NCBI GenBank assembly: GCA_964596615.1
Contig: CAZQUN010000005.1
Location: 3,216 to 67,215 of the forward strand
Direction: 5' to 3'
DNA: 64,000 nt
Origin: an uncultured Candidatus Saccharibacteria bacterium
GTDB lineage: Bacteria; Patescibacteriota; Minisyncoccia; Portnoybacterales; UBA2143
The notes beneath the pieces are model-generated. The model did not search any database, was not told the origin of the DNA, and worked only from the letters and a program-made list of their open reading frames with translations. This document shows, piece by piece, positions 55,965 to 64,000 of the stretch; within the stretch, counting starts at the first letter, position 1; each line of letters begins with the position of its first letter. Made by a program: the position numbers and the translations under genes.

Positions 55965-56411
55965 ATGGAATTTCCGAAAGACTCAGAATGGATGGCAAAA
56001 TTGCAGGTTAGTTCAGATTTTTTTGAAGTAGGAGAAACAGAAGAAAATCTTGTCCGTGGATTGGCGGGTCATGTTGGATTGGACTATACTTTGGTCCTCG
56101 TCGGCACCTGGCCGGACAGGAAGTTCTATTTCTATCACCCTTCGGACGATAGAAGAGAGATTAATTACCCGGACGTTGCAGTGGATTTCAAGTCGCCCTC
56201 ACAGATTAAATTTGTTGTCGATATGGAATCTGGTCATGTTGGGACAACGGTTTCTCTTGGGTCAAAGGAGATCTCACAGGCTTGGCCTTCCGGAGCCAGG
56301 AATCTTATAGACGTAATAGATGCAATCGAAGAATATCTCTCTAAGAATACCCTCGGGTATAAGCCGGTTTTGTGGGACTGGATTATATCTCAGATATCCT
56401 CCAATCATTAA
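55965..56411 (+). CDS. Hypothetical soluble protein with visibly atypical, more GC-rich composition and codon usage
   Basis: Uses ctc/ccg/gtc/tcg/ggc codons that are rare in the neighbouring genes. Consensus promoter plus strong SD. No motif. Confidence 0.5.
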   Translation: MEFPKDSEWMAKLQVSSDFFEVGETEENLVRGLAGHVGLDYTLVLVGTWPDRKFYFYHPSDDRREINYPDVAVDFKSPSQIKFVVDMESGHVGTTVSLGSKEISQAWPSGARNLIDVIDAIEEYLSKNTLGYKPVLWDWIISQISSNH

Positions 56412-56471
56412 CAAAAAAAATCTTGAAGGGATTGATGTAAAAGCCAGTCTCTTAATTTTGTCCCAAAAACC

Positions 56472-56727
56472 TTGACAAGGAATTCCGGTTATGATATGCT
56501 TTATTTAACGGGCTGGATGGAGGCTGCAAAAATATTCTTCGCCGTTCTCTGGCGAGATCGTTTAAAAAAACCGGTGAAAAAGCCACACAAGGCAAAACAA
56601 AACATCAGTCTCTATTCCGGCCCGTTCGTTCTTCGTTCATTTTCACCTCCTTTTTTTCTCGGGGCATAAGCCCTAGTATTTCCGCAGGAAGTAACTGACT
56701 AATTTTCAACTTCCTGCGGCTTTTTTA
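56472..56727 (+). ncRNA. Orphan promoter-to-terminator transcription unit (approx 230-250 nt): a candidate small RNA or leader. The 65-aa track ORF inside it is not convincing.
   Basis: TTGACA at 56472 with an extended -10 (TGaTATGCT). Strong terminator ccgcaggaagt-N16-acttcctgcgg plus T6 at 56682-56727. Confidence 0.3.
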
Positions 56728-56756
56728 TTCCCAATTATTCCTGTATAATAGAATTA

Positions 56757-57539
56757 ATGAAAAACATAAAGGAAATTACAAAAGAAGAGTTAGATAATTT
56801 AAAAGCTATTACTTTTGATATTGACGGCGTTATTGCTCCAATTGGGACAAAAATAAGGGAAACTATTGACGAAGATAGCATTGATTTATACATGGAATCA
56901 AAAAAGCTTTCTGATAAATTTATTCAAACTCTTAAAGAACTTGAAAAACATCTTCGTCTTAATTTTTCATCCGGTCGAAACATCTTATACTTAAAAAGTT
57001 TAGTCAACGAAATTTTTGATGAAAAAACAGTTCTTCAGGCAGAGAACGGCAATATTACCTGGGTTGATAATCAAATCACTCATCCAAAATATCCAAACGA
57101 GTATTTTAACCTTTTAAGGGACTTAAAAGAAAAAATCAGACAAATGAAAAAAACCGACAAAAGAATTCGCGGCTTTGAACCAAAACTTTTCATTTTAACT
57201 GTTCATTGCGAGCAAATGGAAGAAATTCCTAATTTAGTCAAAGAAATAGCGGAGGAGCAGCTTTATTGCCTTTGGACAAATGAAGGCTATGATATTGGTA
57301 GTATTGATATGTCAAAAGGAAAGGGGATTGAAGTTTTAGCCAAGGCCATGGGAATTAACCCAAAACAGATAATGACAACCGGTAATAACTACAATGACCA
57401 GCCCATGCTTGATGTTGGCAAAGGAGTGTCAGTTAATCCTGAAAGAGTTAAAGGAGAGTATTTTGTTGAGCATAAAAAAGAAGAACTCGGCGGAGAATTA
57501 CTGGCCGAGTTCTTGCTGGAGTATTTTGAGAAAAGATAA
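56757..57539 (+). CDS. HAD-superfamily hydrolase (Cof-type/IIB phosphatase-like)
   Basis: Motif I ITFDIDGVIA. C-terminal motif III region GNNYNDQPMLDVG. Confidence 0.65.
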   Translation: MKNIKEITKEELDNLKAITFDIDGVIAPIGTKIRETIDEDSIDLYMESKKLSDKFIQTLKELEKHLRLNFSSGRNILYLKSLVNEIFDEKTVLQAENGNITWVDNQITHPKYPNEYFNLLRDLKEKIRQMKKTDKRIRGFEPKLFILTVHCEQMEEIPNLVKEIAEEQLYCLWTNEGYDIGSIDMSKGKGIEVLAKAMGINPKQIMTTGNNYNDQPMLDVGKGVSVNPERVKGEYFVEHKKEELGGELLAEFLLEYFEKR

Positions 57540-57614
57540 CTAGACTAGATTAGAAGCTTGATTTTAAATACCCTCCTGAGAGGGCATTTCATCTTACTTT
57601 CATGAAGGAATAGT

Positions 57615-57896
57615 TTATATTGCGTTCATGAAAAGACGGGCATTTCTCTCCATGGATTGGAGAAGGAACCCAATTTGTTCTTCGCTTAGGCCATCCTTGA
57701 ATCCCGGAAGGTCTGCTCTCTTTTTTTCGCGACAAAATTTAACTGCCTCTCGGGTCACTCTTTTCGGCCCAAAGCTAAAATATTTTTCCGTAGCTCTATA
57801 CCAGCAACTTCCGAGAATCAAGCCGCAGGAAAGCCCCCTTAAAAAGGCTTCGGCATGTTCTTCAGGGATACCCAGTACCTTATATATATCCTCCAT
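57615..57896 (-). CDS. Hypothetical small protein, Cys-containing
   Basis: Strong SD aaaggaggg upstream. A bidirectional hairpin (ccctc-ctga-gaggg) downstream. Confidence 0.4.
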   Translation of the reverse strand: MEDIYKVLGIPEEHAEAFLRGLSCGLILGSCWYRATEKYFSFGPKRVTREAVKFCREKKRADLPGFKDGLSEEQIGFLLQSMERNARLFMNAI

Positions 57897-57917
57897 TTTT
57901 CCCTCCTTTATGCTTTT

Positions 57918-58901
57918 TTAGATTAATCCCATTTTCTGTTTAGCCCTCTTGAGTGTTTCTTTGGCAATAATCTTAGCATCCTTAGCTCCTTTGTCAAGGA
58001 TTTTTTTAACCTGATTGGGATTCTTTTCTAATTCTTTCATTTTTTTCTGAAGAGGATTTAGTTTCTTAATAATCAGTTCAGCTAGGTCTTTTTTGAATTG
58101 AGCATAGCCCTTGCCTTTATATTTCTTTTCAATTTCTTGATAAGACATTTCAGAAAAACAATAATAGATTGTCATTAAATTAGCAATCGCCGGCTTCTTG
58201 GGAGTGTATTGGATTTCTTTGCCAGAATCTGTAACAGCTCTCTTTATTTTATCTTTAATTGTAGCAGGGGAGTCAGCCAGGGCAATATAATTGTATGGGC
58301 TCAGAGCGCTCTTTGACATCTTTTTGAGAGGATTGTCTAAGGCCATAATCTTGGCTCCTTCTTTTTTGATTAGAGCTTGGGGAACGGTAAAAGTCTTTCC
58401 GTAAAGACGATTAAATCTGCGTGCTATAGTTCGGGTTATCTCAATGTGCTGTTTTTGATCTTGACCGACTGGCACGGCGTCAGTCTGATAAAGCAAGATA
58501 TCAGAAGCCATCAGGACAGGATAGTCAAATAGGCCGGCATTAACACTAGCACGATATTCTTTTGATTTTTCCTTGAATTGGGTCATCCTGTCTAATTCTG
58601 AAATCTTGGTAATGGTGTTTAAAATCCATGTTAATTCGGCGTGCTCTGGAACATGAGATTGTATGAAAATGGTGTTTTTTTTAGGGTCGAGTCCGGCGGC
58701 TAAATATATTGTTGCTATTTCTATAATCTTTCTTTTTAACTTTTCGGGGTTTTGAGGAGTCGTTAAAGCATGTAAATCGACAATGCAAAAGACAGAGTCG
58801 TATTCATCCTGGAGCGGAACCCAGTTTTTGATTGCTCCAAGATAATTGCCGATATGAATATTGCCGCTGGGGGCAACGCCACTAAAAATTCTTTTTTTCA
58901 T
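57918..58901 (-). CDS. trpS: Tryptophan--tRNA ligase
   Basis: HIGH-class motif PSGNIHIGNYLGA and KMSKS. 327 aa. Confidence 0.9.
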   Translation of the reverse strand: MKKRIFSGVAPSGNIHIGNYLGAIKNWVPLQDEYDSVFCIVDLHALTTPQNPEKLKRKIIEIATIYLAAGLDPKKNTIFIQSHVPEHAELTWILNTITKISELDRMTQFKEKSKEYRASVNAGLFDYPVLMASDILLYQTDAVPVGQDQKQHIEITRTIARRFNRLYGKTFTVPQALIKKEGAKIMALDNPLKKMSKSALSPYNYIALADSPATIKDKIKRAVTDSGKEIQYTPKKPAIANLMTIYYCFSEMSYQEIEKKYKGKGYAQFKKDLAELIIKKLNPLQKKMKELEKNPNQVKKILDKGAKDAKIIAKETLKRAKQKMGLI

Positions 58902-58902
58902 A

Positions 58903-59634
58903 TTACTTCTTTTTATTTAATTTTTTAAAAGTTTTGATAATAGGCGAGAGATCACCGTCAATAATCTTATCCAAATTATGCCAGGATTTTTTAATCCGAT
59001 GGTCGGTAATCCGATTTTGAGGGAAATTATAGGTTCTGATTTTTTCCGCTCGCATAGCCATACCAATTTGTTCTTTTCTTTCATTGCCCCGCAAAGCTAA
59101 ATCCTCTTCTCTTTTTTTAGCTAGGAGACGAGCCCGCAAAACACCCATTGCTCTTTCCTTGTTTTGCTGTTGGGATCTTTCTTCCTGACAGGTAACCATT
59201 ATCCCGGTTGGAGCATGAATGATTCTAACAGCTGATTCAGTTTTATTAACATGTTGGCCGCCTGGCCCGGAAGCCCGTAAAACATCAATTCTAATATCCT
59301 TCGGATTGATTTTAATTTCGGTTTCAGTTGCTTGTTCTAAAACAGCAACCGAAGCGGTTGAAGTATGAACCCGGCCTGATTTCTCTGTTGTCGGAACGCG
59401 CTGAACCCGATGAACTCCGCCTTCGTATTTTAATTTTTGAAAAACATTCTCTCCCTTAATTTCAAAAACAATTTCTTTGTAGCCGCTTAATTCAGATTGA
59501 CTACTATTAATTAAAAGAGTTTTCCAGTTTTCCTTTTCAGCAAAGCGGGAATACATTCTGAAAAGGTCGCCAGCGAAAATAGCTGCTTCTTGTCCGCCGG
59601 CACCAGCCCTGATTTCTATAATAACACCTTTCAT
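58903..59634 (-). CDS. prfA: Peptide chain release factor 1 lacking the N-terminal domain 1 (domains 2-4 only, 243 aa)
   Basis: GGQ motif ([16 protein letters not shown]). RF1-type tripeptide region [17 protein letters not shown] (PxT). The start [31 protein letters not shown] aligns with E. coli RF1 residues around 110. Its ATG overlaps the rpmE stop, so there is no room for domain 1. Confidence 0.8.
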   Translation of the reverse strand: MKGVIIEIRAGAGGQEAAIFAGDLFRMYSRFAEKENWKTLLINSSQSELSGYKEIVFEIKGENVFQKLKYEGGVHRVQRVPTTEKSGRVHTSTASVAVLEQATETEIKINPKDIRIDVLRASGPGGQHVNKTESAVRIIHAPTGIMVTCQEERSQQQNKERAMGVLRARLLAKKREEDLALRGNERKEQIGMAMRAEKIRTYNFPQNRITDHRIKKSWHNLDKIIDGDLSPIIKTFKKLNKKK

Positions 59635-59903
59635 TGTTTCTTTTTAGTTTTTAATCCAAGCTTCTTTTCTTTTTTAGCCATTCTTTGTCTAAATTTTTCA
59701 ACCTGGCCGGTTTCAATAATTTTTTCCTTACCAGTATAGAATGGATGGCATTGAGAACAAATTTCAACTTCTATGTTTTCTTGAGTTGAGCCAATTTCAA
59801 AGACCGCGCCGCAAGCGCATTTAATCTTAGTATCAGGATAATATTTCGGATGAATATCTTTTTTCATTATCCTTACCATAACAAACATTGATTTATTTTT
59901 CAA
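59631..59903 (-). CDS. rpmE: 50S ribosomal protein L31 (zinc-binding type A)
   Basis: [20 protein letters not shown] ... [14 protein letters not shown]. The track ORF may include a few extra N-terminal codons. Confidence 0.85.
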   Translation of the reverse strand: MKNKSMFVMVRIMKKDIHPKYYPDTKIKCACGAVFEIGSTQENIEVEICSQCHPFYTGKEKIIETGQVEKFRQRMAKKEKKLGLKTKKKQ

Positions 59904-59928
59904 GATGGTATAGGATAATGTTGTAAAT

Positions 59929-60690
59929 ATGGGAGGGAGAAAGGCCTTTTCAAAAAGGCGTTTTTTAAGAGTTATGGTGGAAAAGAAGACAAAAAAAACA
60001 AAGAAAAAAGTAGATCTGGAAAAGATTCTTCCCAGTTTGGAAGAGATGCTTAAGGCCGGAGTTCATTTCGGTCACCGGACCTCGAGGAAAAATCCCAAAA
60101 TGGATCCCTATGTTTTTACTTCCCGAAACAATGTCCATGTGCTTGATTTAGAGAAATCAAGAGAAAAATTCAAAGAAGCTCTTAAGTTTCTTTTGGAATT
60201 GAAAGAAAAAAATGGGATAATTGTTTTTGTCGGAACCAAGGTTTCGGCTAAACAGATTACCGTGGATTCAGCCAAGGAAGTTAAAATGCCCTATGTGACA
60301 GAAAGATGGATTGGCGGAACCTTAACCAACTTTAAGGTTATCTCCAATAGACTAAAATATTACCGTGATTTGGAAAAGAAAAGAAAAACCGGGGAATTGA
60401 AGAAATATACCAAGAAAGAACAGCATGAATTTAGTGTTGAGCTCCAGAAATTAGAAAGGCAGTTTGGCGGAATCAAGAATCTGGTCAAAACCCCAGATGC
60501 TCTTCTGGTTGTTGATACCCAGAAGGAAAAACTGGCAGTCAAGGAAGCCGGAATGAAGAGTATTCCGATAGTCGGTCTTTGTGATACCAATGCCGACCCA
60601 ACCTTAATTGATTATCCGATTCCAGCCAATGATGATGCTATTTCATCTCTTAAATTAATCTTATCTACAATTGTCAAAGTATTAAAATGA
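59929..60690 (+). CDS. rpsB: 30S ribosomal protein S2 (the true start may be the internal ATG at 59974)
   Basis: [18 protein letters not shown] ... [11 protein letters not shown] signature regions. Confidence 0.9.
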   Translation: MGGRKAFSKRRFLRVMVEKKTKKTKKKVDLEKILPSLEEMLKAGVHFGHRTSRKNPKMDPYVFTSRNNVHVLDLEKSREKFKEALKFLLELKEKNGIIVFVGTKVSAKQITVDSAKEVKMPYVTERWIGGTLTNFKVISNRLKYYRDLEKKRKTGELKKYTKKEQHEFSVELQKLERQFGGIKNLVKTPDALLVVDTQKEKLAVKEAGMKSIPIVGLCDTNADPTLIDYPIPANDDAISSLKLILSTIVKVLK

Positions 60691-61145
60691 AAAATATGAT
60701 ATCAACCGAACAAATTAAAAATCTTCGTCAAAAAACAAACCTTTCTGTTATGGAATGTAAAAAAGCATTAACAGAAGCCAAAGGTGATGAAAAAAAAGCT
60801 CTTCAGATTTTAAGCAAGAAAGGAGCAGAAAAGGCGATTAAAAAATCTGAAAGAGAAGCCAAACAGGGATTAGTCGAGTCATATATCCATAACAACGGCA
60901 AAATCGGAGTAATCCTGGAACTTAACTGCGAAACAGATTTTGTTGCCAGGAATGAAGAATTCAAGCAATTGGCTCATGATTTAGCCATGCATATTGCCGC
61001 TTTGGAACCAAAAGATAGAAAGGAACTACTTGGCCAACCCTTTATCAAGGACGAAAGTAAAATCATCAAAGATTTAATTGTTGAAGCTATTGCTAAACTG
61101 GGCGAGAATATTAAAATTGGCAAATTTGTTCGGATAGAGATTTAA
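60687..61145 (+). CDS. tsf: Elongation factor Ts, short form (about 150 aa)
   Basis: UBA-like N-terminus ISTEQIKNLRQKTNLSVMECKKALTEAKGD. Dimerisation/core region LNCETDFVARNEEF. Confidence 0.85.
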   Translation: MKNMISTEQIKNLRQKTNLSVMECKKALTEAKGDEKKALQILSKKGAEKAIKKSEREAKQGLVESYIHNNGKIGVILELNCETDFVARNEEFKQLAHDLAMHIAALEPKDRKELLGQPFIKDESKIIKDLIVEAIAKLGENIKIGKFVRIEI

Positions 61146-61147
61146 AA

Positions 61148-61834
61148 ATGAGTATCCTATCTTACATCCTCATCGGATTATTAACATCAAGCCTGGTTGG
61201 CCTGGGAATTATTGTTTACCGCAAGATCCCTGTTTTAGCCAATCTTTCAGAAGAAGAAATGATGATTTTAATCAAGAAAAGGGGACTGGTTGAAAGAACC
61301 AGAGAAGTTAATTACAAACAGCATTGGCTTAATCTAATTGTTACTCTTCAGAAGTTTTTAATGCGGGTCAGGATTATTTTTCTAAAAACCGAGAGCATTC
61401 TTGGGAAATGGATTGGCGGATTAAGGGGCAGTTCAAAAATAATGACCCAGAAATCAAAAGAATGGATTAGACAAAGAGAAATGAAGAGAAAAGAGAGGCA
61501 TAGTAAAATAAATGGCAAGATGAATGGAAAAGAACCGGAGGAATTTATTCTTCAGATAAACAAGAAGAAAACAGAACCTCAACCGGAAAAAGAAGAAGAC
61601 GAGATTACTCTTGATGAATTAAACAAACCAATCAAAGAAGAACAGCAATGGATTGACCTAATTGTTGAAAATCCAAAAAATATTACGGCTTACAAATTTC
61701 TCGGATTATTCTATTACAAACAACATAACTATTCTGATGCTAAGGCATCATTGGAAATGGCAGTCAAACTTGGCTCCAAAGATAAAAAAGTTAAGGACAT
61801 TCTAAAAGAGTTAAAGGAAATGGAGATAGAATAG
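61148..61834 (+). CDS. Membrane-anchored protein with a K/E-rich region and a C-terminal TPR-like helix pair
   Basis: N-terminal TM. C-terminal AYKFLGLFYYKQHNYSDAKASLEMAVKL is TPR-like. Confidence 0.4.
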   Translation: MSILSYILIGLLTSSLVGLGIIVYRKIPVLANLSEEEMMILIKKRGLVERTREVNYKQHWLNLIVTLQKFLMRVRIIFLKTESILGKWIGGLRGSSKIMTQKSKEWIRQREMKRKERHSKINGKMNGKEPEEFILQINKKKTEPQPEKEEDEITLDELNKPIKEEQQWIDLIVENPKNITAYKFLGLFYYKQHNYSDAKASLEMAVKLGSKDKKVKDILKELKEMEIE

Positions 61835-61844
61835 GTTTCAAATT

Positions 61845-62477
61845 ATGGGAGGTTTAAAAAACGACGTTAAAAGAATAACTTATCTTTATCAAAATAAGGG
61901 TTATTCTATGTTAATGATAGCAGAAGAATTAGGAGTATCCTTTAGCAAAGTGCGCTATTGGTTGAATAAAAACGGCACTACAAAAAGAAACAGAAGCGAA
62001 GCTGGGTATCTGGCTCATTCAAATAGATTTAATAAATGTTCGTCTAGTATAAAGAAAAAATTATCGAAAAAAGAAAAAGAATTGCTAATTGCTGGAATTA
62101 TGCTGTATTGGGCGGAGGGATGGAAAAAGAATAGCACCTATGTTTCGTTCTCTAATAGTGATGCTAGAATGATTCGTTTATTCCTCAAATTTTTAAGAGA
62201 AATATGTGGAATTGATGAATCTCGATTACGTGTCGTCTTGCATTATTATAAAGATCAGGACGAGGTGAAATTAAAAAGGTATTGGTCTAAAGTCGCAAAT
62301 ATACCAATAAATCAGTTTAGCAAAGGATTTGTTCACAAAGGAAAAACTGGAACTTATACTAGAAAGTCAGATTACGGCACAATAAATGTTAGGTATAGCG
62401 ATAAAAGACTATTAAATCAAATTATAGAACAGATAAATGATTTTGAAAAAAATAATGCCCATGTAGCTCAATGGTAG
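61845..62477 (+). CDS. Hypothetical HTH-containing protein. A weak LAGLIDADG-like segment (LLIAGIMLYWAEGWKK) suggests a possible homing-endonuclease-like or other DNA-binding protein. The last 7 codons overlap the tRNA-Thr gene.
   Basis: N-terminal HTH-like MLMIAEELGVSFSKVRYWL. Basic. The ORF runs 21 nt into the tRNA. Confidence 0.35.
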   Translation: MGGLKNDVKRITYLYQNKGYSMLMIAEELGVSFSKVRYWLNKNGTTKRNRSEAGYLAHSNRFNKCSSSIKKKLSKKEKELLIAGIMLYWAEGWKKNSTYVSFSNSDARMIRLFLKFLREICGIDESRLRVVLHYYKDQDEVKLKRYWSKVANIPINQFSKGFVHKGKTGTYTRKSDYGTINVRYSDKRLLNQIIEQINDFEKNNAHVAQW

Positions 62478-62531
62478 AGCAACGCTCTTGTAAAGCGTAG
62501 GTTGCGGGTTCGATTCCCTCCATGGGCTCCA
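62457..62531 (+). tRNA. tRNA-Thr (anticodon UGU)
   Basis: Manual fold. Acceptor gcccatg/catgggc. Anticodon stem acgct/agcgt with loop ctTGTaa. Encoded CCA. One C-U mismatch in the T-stem. Confidence 0.75.
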
Positions 62532-62532
62532 G

Positions 62533-62616
62533 GGGTAGGTGGCAGAGCGGTTAAATGCACAGGACTGTAAATCCTGCGTCCATCGGACTACGGGGGTTCG
62601 AATCCCTCCCTGCCCA
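62533..62616 (+). tRNA. tRNA-Tyr (anticodon GUA), type II with a long variable arm. CCA not encoded.
   Basis: Acceptor gggtagg/cctgccc (one G-U). Anticodon loop ctGTAaa. Variable hairpin gtcc-atcg-gac. T-arm gggggttcgaatccctc. Confidence 0.75.
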
Positions 62617-62629
62617 CAGCAAAATAGAA

Positions 62630-62701
62630 GCCGACGTAGCTCAGTGGTAGAGCGCCTCCATGGTAAGGAGTGGGTCGTGAGTTCAACTCTCACCGTCGGC
62701 T
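62630..62701 (+). tRNA. tRNA-Thr (anticodon GGU). CCA not encoded.
   Basis: Acceptor gccgacg/cgtcggc. D-arm gctcagtggtagagc. Anticodon loop atGGTaa. T-arm gtgagttcaactctcac. Closely resembles bacterial thrT. Confidence 0.8.
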
Positions 62702-62716
62702 CTGGAAAGGAAAAAT

Positions 62717-62875
62717 ATGCCACAGGATAATATGGTAAAATTTCAGTGCGATGTTTGTAAGAGAATTAATTATCATTCTCGGAAAAACAGAAAAACAGTT
62801 CAGAAGAAATTAGAACTGAAGAAATTTTGTCGTTGGTGCAAAAAACATACAATTCATAAGGAAATGAAAAAGTAA
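62717..62875 (+). CDS. rpmG: 50S ribosomal protein L33 (52 aa), not in the ORF track
   Basis: [52 protein letters not shown]. Zn-ribbon C-x2-C...C-x2-C and the KLELKKF...HTIHKE signature. RBS ggaaaggaaaaat upstream. Confidence 0.8.
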   Translation: MPQDNMVKFQCDVCKRINYHSRKNRKTVQKKLELKKFCRWCKKHTIHKEMKK

Positions 62876-62876
62876 T

Positions 62877-63221
62877 ATGGAATTAAACGAGTATCAAAAA
62901 CTTTGTAAAAAACCGGCCAAGAAGTATCGGAACAAGGAAAAGGAAATAATGACCTGGGGATTAGGTATTGCCGGAGAAGCCGGAGATGTCGCCGGCTGTA
63001 TTAAGAAAACCTATAGCCATGGTCGGGGTAGTGATGAAAGAAAAGGCACCAGAGAAAATCTTGGCGATACCCTCTGGTATATTGCCATGATTTGTAATTT
63101 TTATGGCTGGAACTTAGAGGATATTATGAAAGAGAATGTTCAAAAACTCCAAAAAAGACATCCCAAAGGATTCTCTTTAAAAGGATACGGGAAAGTAACA
63201 AGAAAAGATTGGAATGAGTAG
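62877..63221 (+). CDS. MazG-like nucleotide pyrophosphohydrolase (all-alpha NTP-PPase)
   Basis: GLGIAGEAGDVAG ... LGDTLWYIAMICNFYGWNLEDIMKENVQKLQKR fits the EExxE/metal-binding helices of MazG-family proteins. Confidence 0.65.
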   Translation: MELNEYQKLCKKPAKKYRNKEKEIMTWGLGIAGEAGDVAGCIKKTYSHGRGSDERKGTRENLGDTLWYIAMICNFYGWNLEDIMKENVQKLQKRHPKGFSLKGYGKVTRKDWNE

Positions 63222-63226
63222 TGTTT

Positions 63227-63297
63227 GGGCCCGTAGTTAAGTGGTATAACAGAGGTCTCCAAAACCTCAATCGGGGGTTCAATTCCCTCCGGGCCTG
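63227..63297 (+). tRNA. tRNA-Trp (anticodon CCA)
   Basis: Acceptor gggcccg/cgggcct. Anticodon stem gaggt/acctc with loop ctCCAaa. T-arm gggggttcaattccctc. Confidence 0.8.
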
Positions 63298-63384
63298 CTA
63301 TATCGAAAGCCCTAGTTTTATACTAGGGTTTTTGATTTAAAAAAAGTTATGGTATAATAAAGGAAATAATTAATTAGCAAAAAT

Positions 63385-64000
63385 ATGGAAACAAACAATC
63401 ACAATTCACCCAAATACGCCTTTTTATACATGCTTTCTCTAGCTGCCCTAATGTTTACCGGCTTTTCAATCGGCATGATTGCTTTTCAGATAATTAACAA
63501 ATATGTTCCCGATGCGATTAATCAGTTCAGGTCCAGCTTTGATACCGGCGCTCTTCGGTTTGCTCTTTCAGCTTTAATTGTCGCTGCCCCAGTATTTTTT
63601 ATTGTCAATTACTTTATCTACAAAGGTCTTTTCAAAGGAGTTTTGACAAAGGATTCCGGAGTCAGGAAATGGCTGACATATTTTATTCTTCTGGTTTCTT
63701 CGGTTGTTATCCTGGGCTGGTTCATCGGATTAATTAACACCTTTTTAGGGGGAGAGCTAACGCTTAAATTTGCTCTAAAGGCTCTGGTTTCTATTCTCAT
63801 TTCAGCCCTGGCTTTTAGTTTTTATCTCTACGATATCCGCCGGAAAAATATTAAAGGGGTAAAAAACAAAACTATCAGAACATATTTTTATGTTGCTCTG
63901 ATCATTGTCATCAGCGCCCTTGTTTTTGCCTTTGCTTTTGGCGAAAGTCCGGTTGAAGCCAGAAACAAAAAACTAGACAACGCTATTCTTAATGATTTTA
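63385..64000 (+). CDS. Polytopic membrane protein, partial (runs off the 3' end of the window)
   Basis: ATG at 63385 with an open frame to the window end. Alternating hydrophobic helices (METNNHNSPKYAFLYMLSLAALMFTGFSIGMIAF...). Confidence 0.45.
   Translation, partial: METNNHNSPKYAFLYMLSLAALMFTGFSIGMIAFQIINKYVPDAINQFRSSFDTGALRFALSALIVAAPVFFIVNYFIYKGLFKGVLTKDSGVRKWLTYFILLVSSVVILGWFIGLINTFLGGELTLKFALKALVSILISALAFSFYLYDIRRKNIKGVKNKTIRTYFYVALIIVISALVFAFAFGESPVEARNKKLDNAILNDF

Noticed and set aside
56472-56669. 65-aa ORF inside the orphan promoter-terminator unit
   Set aside because: It starts within the -10 region, has no SD, and its peptide composition is not protein-like. The unit is treated as a candidate RNA instead.
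58903-59903. Programmed +1 frameshift (RF2-type) to explain the short release factor
   Set aside because: The protein carries the RF1-type PxT motif, not SPF. The upstream ORF is clearly ribosomal protein L31 and not an RF N-terminus, and there is no CUU-UGA-C slippery site.
1-64000. CRISPR arrays, integrases or transposases, rRNA genes
   Set aside because: No regularly spaced direct repeats, no DDE or tyrosine/serine recombinase motifs and no rRNA-like conserved blocks were seen. The only repeats are intragenic (giant gene, Pro-rich gene).

Overview
This is a low-GC, gene-dense bacterial chromosomal window with an almost continuous string of plus-strand genes. The gene content and the minimalist protein architectures (short DnaX, short EF-Ts, RF1 without domain 1, DUF5667/DUF134/DUF5320-type proteins, many glycosyltransferases and secreted proteins) suggest a small-genome, possibly Patescibacteria/CPR-like organism. 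That lineage guess is inference only. The standard genetic code fits.

Main content in order:
1. A giant (at least 1865 aa) tail-fiber-like surface protein with dispersed near-identical repeats, a Gly-rich core and an internal peptidase-S74 (intramolecular chaperone) domain.
2. A cell-wall block: tagA, mreC, mreD, PBP2.
3. greA, lysS, serS.
4. An FtsQ-like gene, then a divergent GT39 mannosyltransferase and a secreted Cys-rich protein.
5. A membrane-anchored ClpC-like ATPase with a degenerate first AAA domain.
6. gtrA, then an approximately 280-nt promoter-to-terminator unit (candidate ncRNA) upstream of a short dnaX.
7. tRNA-Gln, a trypsin-like protease, an ATP-grasp protein, apt and an MTA phosphorylase.
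8. A coherent copper locus: csoR with a palindromic operator, a PCYCGC protein, a Cys-rich paralog-like protein, dsbA, a SHOCT protein and a CopB-type CPH P1B-ATPase.
9. Two glycosyltransferases, then tRNA-Asn followed by a Phd/RelE toxin-antitoxin pair.
10. An epimerase, a LamG protein and an unassigned secreted protein.
11. An ECF sigma factor with a downstream membrane protein and beta-helix (bactofilin-like) envelope proteins.
12. uppP, a CheY-like receiver, a SIMPL protein and an HlyD/ABC/two-FtsX-permease exporter.
13. A DUF5320 protein, a family-4 UDG, a DUF134 protein and mnmA.
14. A thioredoxin-CcdA fusion.
15. A compositionally atypical gene behind a consensus sigma70 promoter, then an orphan promoter-terminator unit.
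16. A translation block: trpS, prfA (domain-1-less), rpmE, rpsB, tsf, the tRNA cluster Thr-Tyr-Thr, rpmG, a MazG-like gene and tRNA-Trp.

No CRISPR array, transposase or integrase was seen.
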